From an uncultured Vicinamibacteraceae bacterium (GTDB lineage Bacteria > Acidobacteriota > Vicinamibacteria > Vicinamibacterales > JAFNAJ01), in assembly GCA_964387935.1 (NCBI GenBank), contig CAYLZN010000001.1, positions 18,976-82,975 on the forward strand: 64,000 bases of DNA. Reading direction: 5' to 3'. Shown here piece by piece: positions 31,161 to 40,364 of the stretch. The notes under the pieces were generated by a model. It saw only the letters and a program-made list of their open reading frames with translations. It was not told the DNA's origin and made no database searches. A program made the position numbers and the translations under genes. Numbering within the stretch: position 1 is the first letter of the stretch; the number at the start of each line of letters is the position of its first letter.

Positions 31161-31519
31161 TTCGCCAGCTTGACGTTGGTGACCGTGATGCTCTTCTTGC
31201 CGTCCTCCTCGGTCACCTCCCCGGTGGCACTGACCTGCTTCGACAGCAGCCCGAAGAGCTTCGCGTTGTTGTTGCCCGTGAACTTGCCAGCAATGCGGTA
31301 GACGCCGTCCTCCGCAAGCAGGCCCATCGCCCCGCCCTGCTTGGAAGACGTCAGCGTGCAGGCCTTGTACTCGTCGCCCGTCGTCTTGCTGCCGTTTTTC
31401 GCATAGCAGTCGAGATCGATCACCTCGCCGGTCACCATCTTCACCTCGCCGGCGAGGACCGGAGCGCCGCACGCCAGCACGAGGCCGGCCAGCGCGACGG
31501 CTGCAAACGCCCGTTTCAT
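31157..31519 (-). CDS. Small secreted hypothetical protein (120 aa)
   Basis: ATG 31519 after AAGGGGG. Signal MKRAFAAVALAGLVLACGAPVLAGE. Lys/Thr-rich mature part. Confidence 0.6.
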   Translation of the reverse strand: MKRAFAAVALAGLVLACGAPVLAGEVKMVTGEVIDLDCYAKNGSKTTGDEYKACTLTSSKQGGAMGLLAEDGVYRIAGKFTGNNNAKLFGLLSKQVSATGEVTEEDGKKSITVTNVKLAK

Positions 31520-31641
31520 GGAAACCCCCTTCATGGTGTAAATCAAAATCGGCACGCGGCCCGCTCGAGTCGAGCCCGGGTCCCGTGCGCGAGCGGTAGA
31601 GTTTCAGTCTACCCTAGAGGCCGAGCCCGCTGATCCCCGCC

Positions 31642-32232
31642 ATGTCTGCGATCGCCGTGCCGCACGCCCCCCTGGTCCGAGTCGTGGTCTTCGCATTGCC
31701 GCTGTTCGCAGGGTGTGCGCGTTCCGCACAGCCGACGGCCATCGACCTCGGGGCCACACTGCCGCTCACCGGTGCGACGGCACTCGCCGACGCGTGGCGG
31801 CGCGGCTACGAACGCGCGGTGGCTGAGACCAATGCGGGCGGTGGCCTCGTGCTCGCCGACGGCACGCGCCTGCCGGTGCGTCTCACGATCGTGGACGATT
31901 TCAACGAGATGCCGGGGGTGGAACGCGAGGCAGAGGCCCTGTTCCGGCAAGGCGTCCAGGCGATGCTGGCCACGCCTGGCCCGCTCCGCATGGCCGCCCA
32001 GGCCGCCGTCGCCCAGCGTCATCGGCGCCCCTATGTGGTGCCCCGTGTCGCCGGCGAGGACCTGAAGGCGTCCGATCACCCCTGGGTGCTCGTCGCGCCG
32101 ACCGCGGGTGACGACGACGCCGCGCACGCGTACTATGCGGCGCGGGCCCTCCTGGAGGCCTTCGCGCGCGCGCCGACGCTCGACGCGGAAGCCGTGCGGC
32201 GCGCGTTCGAGGCGACGTGGGTCACGCGTTGA
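31642..32232 (+). CDS. Truncated periplasmic-binding-protein type I (LivK-like) lipoprotein, 196 aa
   Basis: Lipobox LFAGC. IDLGATLPLTGATALADAWRRGYERAVAETNAGGGLVL matches the branched-chain amino-acid binding protein N-terminus, but the protein is about half the normal length. Confidence 0.55.
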   Translation: MSAIAVPHAPLVRVVVFALPLFAGCARSAQPTAIDLGATLPLTGATALADAWRRGYERAVAETNAGGGLVLADGTRLPVRLTIVDDFNEMPGVEREAEALFRQGVQAMLATPGPLRMAAQAAVAQRHRRPYVVPRVAGEDLKASDHPWVLVAPTAGDDDAAHAYYAARALLEAFARAPTLDAEAVRRAFEATWVTR

Positions 32233-32258
32233 CAGCCTCCGTGCGCGTGACTTACCCT
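32229..32258 (+). promoter_or_regulatory. Candidate his promoter: TTGACA-N18-TACCCT
   Basis: TTGACA at 32229-32234 and TACCCT at 32253-32258. The leader ATG lies 9 nt further on, with no SD. Confidence 0.45.
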
Positions 32259-32267
32259 AACCGGGTC

Positions 32268-32342
32268 ATGTTCCAGTCTGTTCATCATCACGCGCACCAC
32301 CATGGCTGCCTCAGTGGCAGGCCGGCCGAGGTTCGCGCCTGA
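32268..32342 (+). promoter_or_regulatory. hisL: his operon leader peptide ORF (24 codons, 6 His in 7 consecutive codons)
   Basis: ATG TTC CAG TCT GTT CAT CAT CAC GCG CAC CAC CAT GGC ... TGA = MFQSVHHHAHHHGCLSGRPAEVRA. Confidence 0.75.
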
Positions 32343-32372
32343 TGTAGCGGAACGACAGGTTCTCATCACGCG

Positions 32373-32405
32373 GCCCCGCCGGCACCCGGCGGGGCTTTTT
32401 TGTTT
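32373..32405 (+). terminator. Intrinsic terminator of the his attenuator
   Basis: GCCCCGCCGG-CAC-CCGGCGGGGC (10-bp perfect stem) followed by TTTTTTGTTT, 18 nt upstream of the hisI ATG. Confidence 0.85.
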
Positions 32406-32422
32406 CTGGGGCAGCGACGCGC

Positions 32423-32737
32423 ATGGACTTCTCGAAACTCGATGGACTGATCCCGGCGGTGATCCAGGACGCGACCACCCGCGAGGTGCTCATGGTGGGG
32501 TTCATGAATCAGGAGGCCCTGGCGAGGACCCGCGAGACCGGCTTTGCGACGTTCTACAGCCGCACGCGCCAGACGCTCTGGATGAAGGGGGAAACGTCCG
32601 GCAACCGCCTCGCGGTCGAACGCATCCTCGTGGATTGCGACGACGACACGCTGCTGCTGCTCGTGCGCTGCGAGGGAAATGGCCTGGTCTGCCACACCGG
32701 CGAACGATCGTGTTTCTTCCGGGACTTCGAGGCGTAG
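32423..32737 (+). CDS. hisI: Phosphoribosyl-AMP cyclohydrolase (monofunctional)
   Basis: 104 aa. [59 protein letters not shown]. Confidence 0.9.
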   Translation: MDFSKLDGLIPAVIQDATTREVLMVGFMNQEALARTRETGFATFYSRTRQTLWMKGETSGNRLAVERILVDCDDDTLLLLVRCEGNGLVCHTGERSCFFRDFEA

Positions 32738-32740
32738 GGG

Positions 32741-33634
32741 ATGGCGATGACGCTGAAGCTGGGACTGCCGAAAGGATCGCTCCAGGACGCGACGATCCAG
32801 TTGTTCGCCCGTGCGGGTTTCAACATCTATGCGAACGCGCGCTCGTACTTCCCGTCGATCGACGATCCGGAGGTCGAGTGCATGCTCATCCGGGCCCAGG
32901 AGATGGCTCGCTACGTCAAGGACGGCGTGCTCGATGCCGGACTCACGGGTTACGACTGGATCCAGGAGCAACAGCTCGCCAACGGCGGAGGGCATGCCCT
33001 GAGGTCGGTATGCGAGCTCGTGTACGCCAAGCAGAGCTTCGGCAAGGTGCGGTGGGTGCTGGCGGTCCCCGAGGACTCGCGGTTCAGGACGCCACAGGAT
33101 CTCGAGGGCGCGACCATCGCGACCGAACTCGTGCGGGTGACGCAGGACTACTTCGCGCGGCTCGGCGTCTCCGTTCAGGTCGAGTTCTCCTGGGGCGCCA
33201 CCGAGGTGAAGCCGCCCGTGCTGGCCGACGCCATCGTCGAGGCCACGGAAACGGGCTCGACCCTGCGGGCGAACCGGCTGCGTGTGCTCGACACGGTGCT
33301 CGAGTCCACCACGCAGTTCGTCGCCAACGAGCCGGCCTGGCGCGATACGTGGAAGCGGACGAAGATCGAGAACATCGCGCTGCTGCTGCAGGCGGCCATC
33401 CAGGCGCAGGGACGCGTGGGGCTCATGCTCAACGTGCGGCGCGCGAACCTGCCCGCCATTCTCGATCAGCTCCCCGCGCTGCGCCGCCCGACGATTTCCG
33501 CGCTGAGCGACGAGGAGTGGGTGGCGCTGAACACGATCGTCGAGGAGCGTACCGTGCGGGAGCTCATTCCGCGCCTGAAGGCGGCGGGGGCCGAGGGCAT
33601 CGTGGAGTATCCGTTGAACAAGATCGTGCTCTGA
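32741..33634 (+). CDS. hisG: ATP phosphoribosyltransferase, long form
   Basis: 297 aa. [49 protein letters not shown]. Confidence 0.9.
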   Translation: MAMTLKLGLPKGSLQDATIQLFARAGFNIYANARSYFPSIDDPEVECMLIRAQEMARYVKDGVLDAGLTGYDWIQEQQLANGGGHALRSVCELVYAKQSFGKVRWVLAVPEDSRFRTPQDLEGATIATELVRVTQDYFARLGVSVQVEFSWGATEVKPPVLADAIVEATETGSTLRANRLRVLDTVLESTTQFVANEPAWRDTWKRTKIENIALLLQAAIQAQGRVGLMLNVRRANLPAILDQLPALRRPTISALSDEEWVALNTIVEERTVRELIPRLKAAGAEGIVEYPLNKIVL

Positions 33635-33642
33635 GGGCGCCC

Positions 33643-34881
33643 ATGTTCCGCATCATCAGTGCCGCCGACTCCCGCAGCCTCGGACGCCTGCTCGATCGCC
33701 ACCCGTCGCGCGATCCGGCGCTCGAGCGCCGCGTGGCGGCGATCGTCGCGGACGTGCGCCGCGGGGGCGACAAGGCCGTCGTCGCCTACGCCCGCCGCTT
33801 CGACGGCCTCGACGGCCCGGTCGAGGTCACCGCGAAGGAGATTGCCGCGGGGGCCCGTGCCACGCCGGCCGTGGTCCGGCGTGCCCTCGCCACGGCAGCC
33901 CGCCACATTCGCTCCGTCGCGCGCCAGCAGGTCCCGAAATCGAGCCGCATGACCGTGATGCCAGGCGTGGTGGTCGAGCAGCGCGTCACGCCGCTCGATC
34001 GCGTCGGCTGCTACGTGCCCGGCGGTCGGTATCCGCTGCCGTCTTCCCTGCTCATGACGGCGGTCCCTGCACGCGTCGCCGGGGTCACCGAGGTCGTGGC
34101 CGTGTGCCCGCGGCCGGATCCCGTGGTTCTCGCCGCAGCGGCGGAGGCCGGCGTGGATCGCCTGTTCCGACTCGGCGGCGCGCATGCGGTGGCCGCGCTG
34201 GCCTACGGAACCGCCGCGGTGCCGCGCGTGGACAAGATCGTCGGCCCCGGCAACGCATACGTGGCCGCGGCCAAGGCTCTGGTCTCGGCCGACTGTGCCA
34301 TCGACTTCCACGCCGGACCGAGCGAGATCGTCGTCATTGCCAGCCAGGGGCCGGCCAGCTGGGTGGCGGCCGACCTCATCGCGCAGGCCGAGCACGACCC
34401 GCAGGCCCGCGCGATCCTGCTGACCTGGAGCAGGCGCTTCGCCAACCAGGTACACCGCGAGGTCGAGGCGCAGGCGCCGGCGGACGGGCCCGCGCGCGCG
34501 GCCCTGGCCGCCAACGGTGGCATCGTCCTCACCAGGAACCGGGCCGAGGCCATCGCGATCGCCAACCGCCTCGCCCCGGAGCACCTCGTGTGCGAGGACG
34601 CACGCGTCGCCGAGGACGTGACGTGCGCCGGGGCGACGTTCGTCGGGGCCTGGACGGCCCAGGCCACGGGCGACTACGCGACCGGCTCGAACCATGTGCT
34701 GCCCACCAACGGCGCGGCGAGGTTCCGCGGCGGCCTGAGCGCTGCGGACTTCGTGCGCGTCCGATCGGTGCAGCGCCTGACGAAGGCTGGCCTCGTCCGC
34801 ATCGCCCCCACGGCGCTCGCGCTGGCGGAGGCCGAGGGGCTGGCCGCGCACGTGCAGTCCATCCGGGTGCGCCTGTCATGA
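33643..34881 (+). CDS. hisD: Histidinol dehydrogenase
   Basis: ATG 33643 (track ORF 32302.. is a false extension). [49 protein letters not shown]. Confidence 0.9.
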   Translation: MFRIISAADSRSLGRLLDRHPSRDPALERRVAAIVADVRRGGDKAVVAYARRFDGLDGPVEVTAKEIAAGARATPAVVRRALATAARHIRSVARQQVPKSSRMTVMPGVVVEQRVTPLDRVGCYVPGGRYPLPSSLLMTAVPARVAGVTEVVAVCPRPDPVVLAAAAEAGVDRLFRLGGAHAVAALAYGTAAVPRVDKIVGPGNAYVAAAKALVSADCAIDFHAGPSEIVVIASQGPASWVAADLIAQAEHDPQARAILLTWSRRFANQVHREVEAQAPADGPARAALAANGGIVLTRNRAEAIAIANRLAPEHLVCEDARVAEDVTCAGATFVGAWTAQATGDYATGSNHVLPTNGAARFRGGLSAADFVRVRSVQRLTKAGLVRIAPTALALAEAEGLAAHVQSIRVRLS

Positions 34882-35924
34882 GTTTCGAGTACGAGCGACT
34901 GCCCGACCCCGGCGAGGGCCTGCGCCTTCACCTGAACGAGAACACCGCCGGCTGTTCGCCCCGCGTGCTGGACGCGCTGGCGCGCCTGACGCGCGAAGAC
35001 TGCGCGTTCTACCCGGACTACACGGATGTCACACGCCGGGTGGCCCACTCGCTCGGCGTCGATGCCGAGTGGACCCTGCTCCTCAACGGGCTCGACGAGG
35101 GCCTGCACCTGGCCGCGCTCTGCACCCTGCCTCGCGGCCCCTCCGGCGAACAGCACGAGGCCATCGTCGTCGAGCCGGCCTTCGACATGTACGCGGCGTG
35201 CGCGGACGCGGCCGGGGGCCGCGTGGTGACCGTCGCGCCTCGCGCGGACTTCTCCTTCCCGCTCGACGAGGTCCTGGCGGCCATCACGCCGCGCACGCGG
35301 CTCGTCTACCTGACGAGTCCCAACAACCCCACGGGCCTGACGATTCCTCGGGACATGGTGGCGGCGGTGGCGCGTCGCCTGCCCGGCGATGCGCTCGTGC
35401 TGCTCGACGAGGCTTACGTGGAGTTCGCGCGCGAACAAGCCCCGGACCTGCTGCCCTCGACGCCGAATCTCGTGATCGGCCGCACCTTCGCGAAGGCCCA
35501 GGGGCTGGCGGCCGTGCGCGCCGGCGCCGCGGTGGCCCAGCCAGCGGTGATCCGCCGGCTGCGCCGGATCGCCCCTCCCTACAGCGTCAACGTATTCGCG
35601 GCAACGGCCATCGTCGCGGCGCTCGAGGACCACGAGTACCTCGCCTGGTATCGCGATCAGGTCGCACGGTCGCGGGAACTCGTCTACGACTGCTGCAGGC
35701 GCCTGCAGCTCGACTACTGGCCGAGCGAGGCGAACTTCGTGCTCGTTCGTGTGGGAGCTGGCGCGGCCGAACTCGTGCGGGCCCTGGCCCGACGTCGCAT
35801 CTTCATCCGGGATCGCACGACCCAGCCCGGCTGCGCCGGCTGCGTGCGGATCACGGCCGGCGTCGTGGAGCACACCGCGCGCTGCGTGGCGGCGATCGAG
35901 GAGGTCCTGTGCGGCAAGCCGTGA
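34878..35924 (+). CDS. hisC: Histidinol-phosphate aminotransferase
   Basis: ATG overlaps the hisD stop (ATGA). [41 protein letters not shown] (PLP Lys). Confidence 0.88.
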   Translation: MSFEYERLPDPGEGLRLHLNENTAGCSPRVLDALARLTREDCAFYPDYTDVTRRVAHSLGVDAEWTLLLNGLDEGLHLAALCTLPRGPSGEQHEAIVVEPAFDMYAACADAAGGRVVTVAPRADFSFPLDEVLAAITPRTRLVYLTSPNNPTGLTIPRDMVAAVARRLPGDALVLLDEAYVEFAREQAPDLLPSTPNLVIGRTFAKAQGLAAVRAGAAVAQPAVIRRLRRIAPPYSVNVFAATAIVAALEDHEYLAWYRDQVARSRELVYDCCRRLQLDYWPSEANFVLVRVGAGAAELVRALARRRIFIRDRTTQPGCAGCVRITAGVVEHTARCVAAIEEVLCGKP

Positions 35925-36496
35925 TCGAGCGCAAGACCCGTGAGACGCAGATCCACGTCCGCCTCCGCCTCGAGGGCAAAGGGCGGTACGAGGTCGCGAC
36001 CGGCATCCGGTTCTTCGACCACATGCTGGAGCTGATGACACGCCATGGCGCGTTCGACCTCACGCTGAGGGCTGACGGCGACCTGGATGTCGACCAGCAC
36101 CACACCGTCGAGGACGTGGGCATCGCGCTCGGCGAGACCGTGTCGAAGGCGCTCGGCGATCGGCGCGGCATCCACCGTGCCGGCTACTTCGTGATGCCGA
36201 TGGACGAAACGCTCGCGGTGGCCGCCATCGACCTCGGCGGGCGTCCTCACGCGGTCGTGTCGCACGGCGTGCGGGTGCGCCTCGTCGGGGACCTGCAGTC
36301 GGAACTGGTGCACGACTTCTTCGAGGGGTTCTCCGTCGGCGCGCGGGCGAACGTGCACGTGAAGGTCCTGTACGGCCGCTCGAGCCACCACCGGGTCGAA
36401 GCGTGCTTCAAGGCGTTCGGGCGGGCGCTGCGGGTCGCGTGCTCGCGCGACCGGCAGCTCGGACGCATGTTGCCCTCCACCAAAGGACTCCTGTAG
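35909..36496 (+). CDS. hisB: Imidazoleglycerol-phosphate dehydratase
   Basis: GTG 35909, 5 nt after GAGGAGG (GTG 35921 also possible). [50 protein letters not shown]. Confidence 0.88.
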   Translation: MRQAVIERKTRETQIHVRLRLEGKGRYEVATGIRFFDHMLELMTRHGAFDLTLRADGDLDVDQHHTVEDVGIALGETVSKALGDRRGIHRAGYFVMPMDETLAVAAIDLGGRPHAVVSHGVRVRLVGDLQSELVHDFFEGFSVGARANVHVKVLYGRSSHHRVEACFKAFGRALRVACSRDRQLGRMLPSTKGLL

Positions 36497-36500
36497 GGCG

Positions 36501-37109
36501 ATGCTGGCGCTGCTCGACTACGACGCGGGCAACCTCGCTTCCGTGCGGAAGGCACTGGCCTTCGTCGGGGCGGAGATGTTCACGCCCGCCGGACCGGAGG
36601 CGTTGTCGCGGGCGTCCGGCATCGTCGTGCCGGGCGTGGGTCACTTCGAGGCCACGGTCGTACTCGACGCCGGCTGGCGCGAGGCCGTTCGCGCCGCAGT
36701 TTCCGCGGGCACGCCGCTGCTCGGCATCTGTCTGGGCCTGCAATGGCTGTTCGAGGGCAGCGAGGAGGCGCCCGGCCAGCCGGGCCTCGGCCTCCTGCCC
36801 GGCCGATGCTCACTGCTGAAGGCGGGCCCAGGCCTCAAGGTGCCGCACGTCGGGTGGAACGCCCTGTCGATCCGCCGCCCGTCCCGGCTGCTCGAGCAGG
36901 TGGACGATGGCGCCCAGGCCTACTTCACGCACTCGTTCGTGGCGCCGGTGACCGACGCGTGCGTCGCGACGACGACCCACGGCGTGCCGTTCGCCAGCGT
37001 TGTCGAGCGGGGCGTCGTGTTCGGTGCCCAGTGCCATCCCGAGAAGTCGGGGACCGTCGGGCTCACGCTGCTTCGGAACTTCCTGGCCGTCGTGCGCGGG
37101 AGAGGATGA
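36501..37109 (+). CDS. hisH: Imidazole glycerol phosphate synthase, glutamine amidotransferase subunit
   Basis: LLDYDAGNLASV, GICLGLQWLFE (Cys nucleophile), GAQCHPEKS. Confidence 0.9.
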   Translation: MLALLDYDAGNLASVRKALAFVGAEMFTPAGPEALSRASGIVVPGVGHFEATVVLDAGWREAVRAAVSAGTPLLGICLGLQWLFEGSEEAPGQPGLGLLPGRCSLLKAGPGLKVPHVGWNALSIRRPSRLLEQVDDGAQAYFTHSFVAPVTDACVATTTHGVPFASVVERGVVFGAQCHPEKSGTVGLTLLRNFLAVVRGRG

Positions 37110-37894
37110 CGGCGATGCTGGCAAAACGCATCATCGCATGCCTGGACATCAGGGACGGCCAGGTCGTGAAAGGCGTCCAGTTCGGGGGACTTCGGGCCGC
37201 CGGCGACCCGGCGGCGCTCGCGCGGCGGTACAACGTCGAGGGCATCGACGAGCTCGTGATCCTCGACGTCACCGCGACGCTCGAGGCCCGCCGTGCGCTG
37301 CGACACACCATCGAGGCCGTCGCGCGCGAGCTGTTCATCCCGCTGACGGTCGGTGGCGGGATTCGTCACGAGGACGATGCGGCGGTTGTCGTCGAGGCCG
37401 GCGCCGACAAGGTGAGCATCAACTCGGCCCCGCTGAACGAGCCGGCCCTGATCACGCGGCTCGCCCGCCGGTACGGCAGCCAGGCGATCGTGGTGGCCAT
37501 CGACGCCAGGCGCGAGCACGAGCGGTTCGCGGTGTACGCGCGGAGTGCGACGGCCGCCGCGGCGCGCGATGCCGTCGAGTGGGCGCGTGAGGCTGCCGAT
37601 CGGGGCGCTGGCGAGATCCTGCTCACCTCCATCGATCGGGATGGGACGCGGAACGGGTTCGACTGCGAGCTGACAGCCGCCGTCTCGGACGCCGTCAACA
37701 TCCCGGTGATCGCCTCGGGCGGCGCCGGAGGCTTCGAGCACTTCGCCGAGGTGTTCACCGCCGGTCGCGCCGACGCGGCCCTGGCGGCGTCGATCTTCCA
37801 TTTCGCCGAGCACGCCGTGGCGGACCTGAAGCAGTTCCTCGCGGCGCGCGGCATCCCGATCCGACTCGTCGCGTCGACCGGTGCCGCATGCTGA
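37106..37894 (+). CDS. hisF: Imidazole glycerol phosphate synthase, cyclase subunit
   Basis: ATG overlaps the hisH stop (ATGA). [50 protein letters not shown]. Confidence 0.9.
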   Translation: MTAMLAKRIIACLDIRDGQVVKGVQFGGLRAAGDPAALARRYNVEGIDELVILDVTATLEARRALRHTIEAVARELFIPLTVGGGIRHEDDAAVVVEAGADKVSINSAPLNEPALITRLARRYGSQAIVVAIDARREHERFAVYARSATAAAARDAVEWAREAADRGAGEILLTSIDRDGTRNGFDCELTAAVSDAVNIPVIASGGAGGFEHFAEVFTAGRADAALAASIFHFAEHAVADLKQFLAARGIPIRLVASTGAAC

Positions 37895-38577
37895 TTCCCT
37901 CCATTGACCTGAAGGACGGCCAGGTCGTCCAGCTCCGGCAGGGCCGCGACCTCGCCCTCGCGTCCGACGACGTGTTCGCGTGGGTCCGTCGATTCGAGGG
38001 GTTCGCGAAGGTGCAGTTGATCGATCTCGACGGCGCGTTCGGCACCGGCGTGAACGACTTCCTCGTGCGCCGGGTCTGCCGGGCGCTGCCCTGCCGGGTG
38101 GGCGGCGGGATCCGGACGATCGCGCGGGCCCGTGAGGTGCTGGCGGCGGGCGCGCGGGCCGTGATCGTTGGCTCGTCGCTGTTCCGGGACGGCCAGCCGG
38201 ATCTGGACTTCGCGACCCGCCTCGCCGAGGGCGTCGGCGTGGACCGGGTGATTGCCGCCGTGGACAGCCTGGAGGGGCACGTGGTCGTCAAGGGCTGGCG
38301 CGAGTCCACGGGGCTGTCCACGGTGGAGGCCGTACAGGCGCTCGAGCCCTTCTGCGACGAGTTCCTCTACACGCATGTGGACCGGGAGGGGCTGATGCAG
38401 GGCACCGACCTGGCGGCCATCCGCGCCGTCCGCGAGGCGACGTCCCGACGGGTCACGGCGGCCGGCGGCATCACCACGCAGGCCGAGATCGACGCGCTCG
38501 AGGCCATGGGCGTCGATGCGGTCGTCGGCATGGCCATCTACACGGGGGCCCTCGCCTTCAGGCCGCCCCAGTCGTGA
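37888..38577 (+). CDS. hisA: HisA-type ProFAR isomerase (TIM barrel)
   Basis: 229 aa. [52 protein letters not shown]. Overlaps the hisF end by 7 nt. Confidence 0.8.
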   Translation: MLIPSIDLKDGQVVQLRQGRDLALASDDVFAWVRRFEGFAKVQLIDLDGAFGTGVNDFLVRRVCRALPCRVGGGIRTIARAREVLAAGARAVIVGSSLFRDGQPDLDFATRLAEGVGVDRVIAAVDSLEGHVVVKGWRESTGLSTVEAVQALEPFCDEFLYTHVDREGLMQGTDLAAIRAVREATSRRVTAAGGITTQAEIDALEAMGVDAVVGMAIYTGALAFRPPQS

Positions 38578-38588
38578 TACGCTGATTG

Positions 38589-38617
38589 ACGTAACGGTTA
38601 CGTAGGATGACGTCATC
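38589..38617. promoter_or_regulatory. Two adjacent ACGT-core palindromes (ACGTAAC-G-GTTACGT and GATGACGTCATC)
   Basis: Read directly from the sequence. TGACGT occurs at 38587 and 38608 (21-bp spacing). Located between the hisA stop and the ATPase gene start; overlaps TTGACG at 38586-38591. Confidence 0.45.
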
Positions 38618-38629
38618 GTTTATCGGTCA

Positions 38630-38692
38630 TTGGGCCGCCAGCCGTGTGCCGTGAGCCCCAGGCCGCAAGCCGTGAGCCGCCGGCCGCAAGCC
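38630..38692. repeat. Heptamer-phased array (NNNNGCC)x9, including a 21-bp unit GTGAGCC-NCNGGCC-GCAAGCC repeated twice
   Basis: GCCAGCC GTGTGCC GTGAGCC CCAGGCC GCAAGCC GTGAGCC GCCGGCC GCAAGCC. Ends 4 nt before ATG 38697. Confidence 0.8.
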
Positions 38693-38696
38693 TGAT

Positions 38697-39842
38697 ATGA
38701 ATCCCTTCGTCTACGGCGAAGTCGTGCCGGCCGACGCGTTCACCGACCGCGAGGCGGAACTGGATCGCCTGGTGGCCGACCTCGAGGCCGGCCAGAAGGT
38801 CTTCCTCATTTCTCCGCGCCGGTTCGGCAAGTCGTCGCTCGTGCGCCGCGCGCTGCACGTGCTCGCGCGCCGACACGTGCGCGGCGTCGAGCTCACGGTC
38901 AGCAGCTACAGCTCGTACGTCGCGTTCCTCGAAGGCTTCACGCGGGCGCTGGTGGCGCTCGAGCGCGAGGTGGACGCCGCGCGGTCCTGGATCGAGCGGC
39001 TGCTCGGCCCCGTGCACCCCGAACTCCGCCCGCGCCCGTCCGGCGAGGGGACGCTTGCGCTCGACGTGGCCTTCCCGCGTGCCCGCAGCGCACGCGACAT
39101 CGCGCGCCTCGCCGACGAGGTGTTCGCCCTGCCGGGGCGGCTCGCGGACATGAAGAACCGCCCCCTCGTGGTCGCGCTCGACGAGTTCCAGGACATCGCG
39201 CGCTTCAACGGCGGCAGCGTCGAACAGGCCCTCCGGGCCGCCGTGCAGCACCAGCGGCGTGTGGGGTACGTCTTCGCAGGTTCCGAACCCACGTTGATGG
39301 AGCAGATGATCAGTCCGCGGCGGCCGTTCTACAAGGCCGGCCCCGTGCTCCGGCTCGGGCGCATCCCCGCGGACCAGTTCGGCCGCTTCCTCGACGCGCG
39401 CTTCAGGCGCAGCGGCCTCGCCCCGGCGCCCGGCCTGGGCGCGGCGATCGTCGATCTCGCGGGCAACCTGCCGTACGACGTGCAGCGGCTCGCGCACGAG
39501 ACGTGGGACGATGTGCGGGCCGCGCGGCGACGGAAGGTGACCGCCGACGACCTGGACACGACGCTGCATCGGCTGCTCCGCGAGCACGCCGTGTTCTTCG
39601 AGGGATCGTGGCAACGGTTGACGCTGGCCCAGCGAGCGGCGCTGCGCGCGGTGGTGCTCGAAGACGGGCGGTCGCTTCTCGCGGCCGACGCGCGCCTGCG
39701 TCACCGGCTGGGCGGCGCGTCGAGCGTGCAGGCGTCGCTCGCCGCCCTGCGTCGGGACGACCTCATCGCCCGGGACGAAACAGGGCGATACTGGGTGGTG
39801 GACTCGCTCTTCCGCGAGTGGATCGCGCGCAAGACGTTCTGA
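38697..39842 (+). CDS. Archaeal-type AAA+ ATPase (COG1672/Arch_ATPase-like) with C-terminal winged-helix-like region
   Basis: FTDREAELDRL, Walker A ISPRRFGKSSLV, Walker B VVALDEFQDI. C-terminal LRRDDLIARDETGRYWVVDSLFREWI. Confidence 0.75.
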   Translation: MNPFVYGEVVPADAFTDREAELDRLVADLEAGQKVFLISPRRFGKSSLVRRALHVLARRHVRGVELTVSSYSSYVAFLEGFTRALVALEREVDAARSWIERLLGPVHPELRPRPSGEGTLALDVAFPRARSARDIARLADEVFALPGRLADMKNRPLVVALDEFQDIARFNGGSVEQALRAAVQHQRRVGYVFAGSEPTLMEQMISPRRPFYKAGPVLRLGRIPADQFGRFLDARFRRSGLAPAPGLGAAIVDLAGNLPYDVQRLAHETWDDVRAARRRKVTADDLDTTLHRLLREHAVFFEGSWQRLTLAQRAALRAVVLEDGRSLLAADARLRHRLGGASSVQASLAALRRDDLIARDETGRYWVVDSLFREWIARKTF

Positions 39843-39856
39843 CTGGAGCCCCACCC

Positions 39857-40267
39857 ATGACAACCACGCCAGCGTTCCGGGAGCCCAAGGCGTCCGACGT
39901 GACCTGGACGCACCTGATCTACGCCCTCCACGCCGTGGGGGTCACGCTCGGCGTGGCCACCTCGGCGTTCATCGTCACGAGCTTCCTGTTCGGGCTGCCG
40001 TCGATCGTGGCGGTCATCATGAACTACATCAAGCGCGGCGACGTGCGGGGGACCGTGCTCGAATCGCACTTCCGCTGGCAGATCCGCACGTTCTGGTTCG
40101 CCCTGCTGTGGATCGTGGTGGCGTCGCTCCTGTCCCTTCCCCTGATGCTGGTGCTCGTCGGGTTCGTCACCCTGTGGGTGGCCGCCGTGCTGATCGGGCT
40201 CTGGGTGCTCTACCGCGTGGCCCGTGGGTGGCTCCGCCTGGCCTCGCGCGAGCCGATGTACGCCTGA
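39857..40267 (+). CDS. Small polytopic membrane protein (DUF4870/COG3671-like)
   Basis: ATG 39857, 14 nt after the ATPase stop. TWTHLIYALHAVGVTLGVATS.. with 3-4 TM segments; 136 aa. Confidence 0.65.
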   Translation: MTTTPAFREPKASDVTWTHLIYALHAVGVTLGVATSAFIVTSFLFGLPSIVAVIMNYIKRGDVRGTVLESHFRWQIRTFWFALLWIVVASLLSLPLMLVLVGFVTLWVAAVLIGLWVLYRVARGWLRLASREPMYA

Positions 40268-40305
40268 CGCCGGGAACCTCCCGCCCCGCCCGCTCGTCCC
40301 CTCAC

Positions 40306-40352
40306 TTGACGACACCTGTAGTCAAGCCCTATGCTGACTACAGGTGTAGTCA
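40306..40352 (+). promoter_or_regulatory. BlaI-type operator overlapping promoter: TTGACG-N18-TATGCT with CACCTGTAGTCA-N10-TGACTACAGGTG plus a third TGTAGTCA half-site
   Basis: Perfect 12-bp inverted arms at 40313-40324 and 40335-40346, and a third copy at 40345-40352. The TGTA/TACA core is typical of BlaI/MecI boxes. 13 nt upstream of ATG 40365. Confidence 0.7.
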
Positions 40353-40364
40353 CAGGGGATCCGC

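Noticed and set aside
32302-33642. Upstream extensions of the hisD ORF; the same applies to hisC 34104.., hisB 35069.. and hisF 36743..
   Set aside because: The open frames run through the preceding his genes in alternative frames. The real starts are fixed by conserved N-termini and by ATGA/GTGA coupling with the preceding stop.
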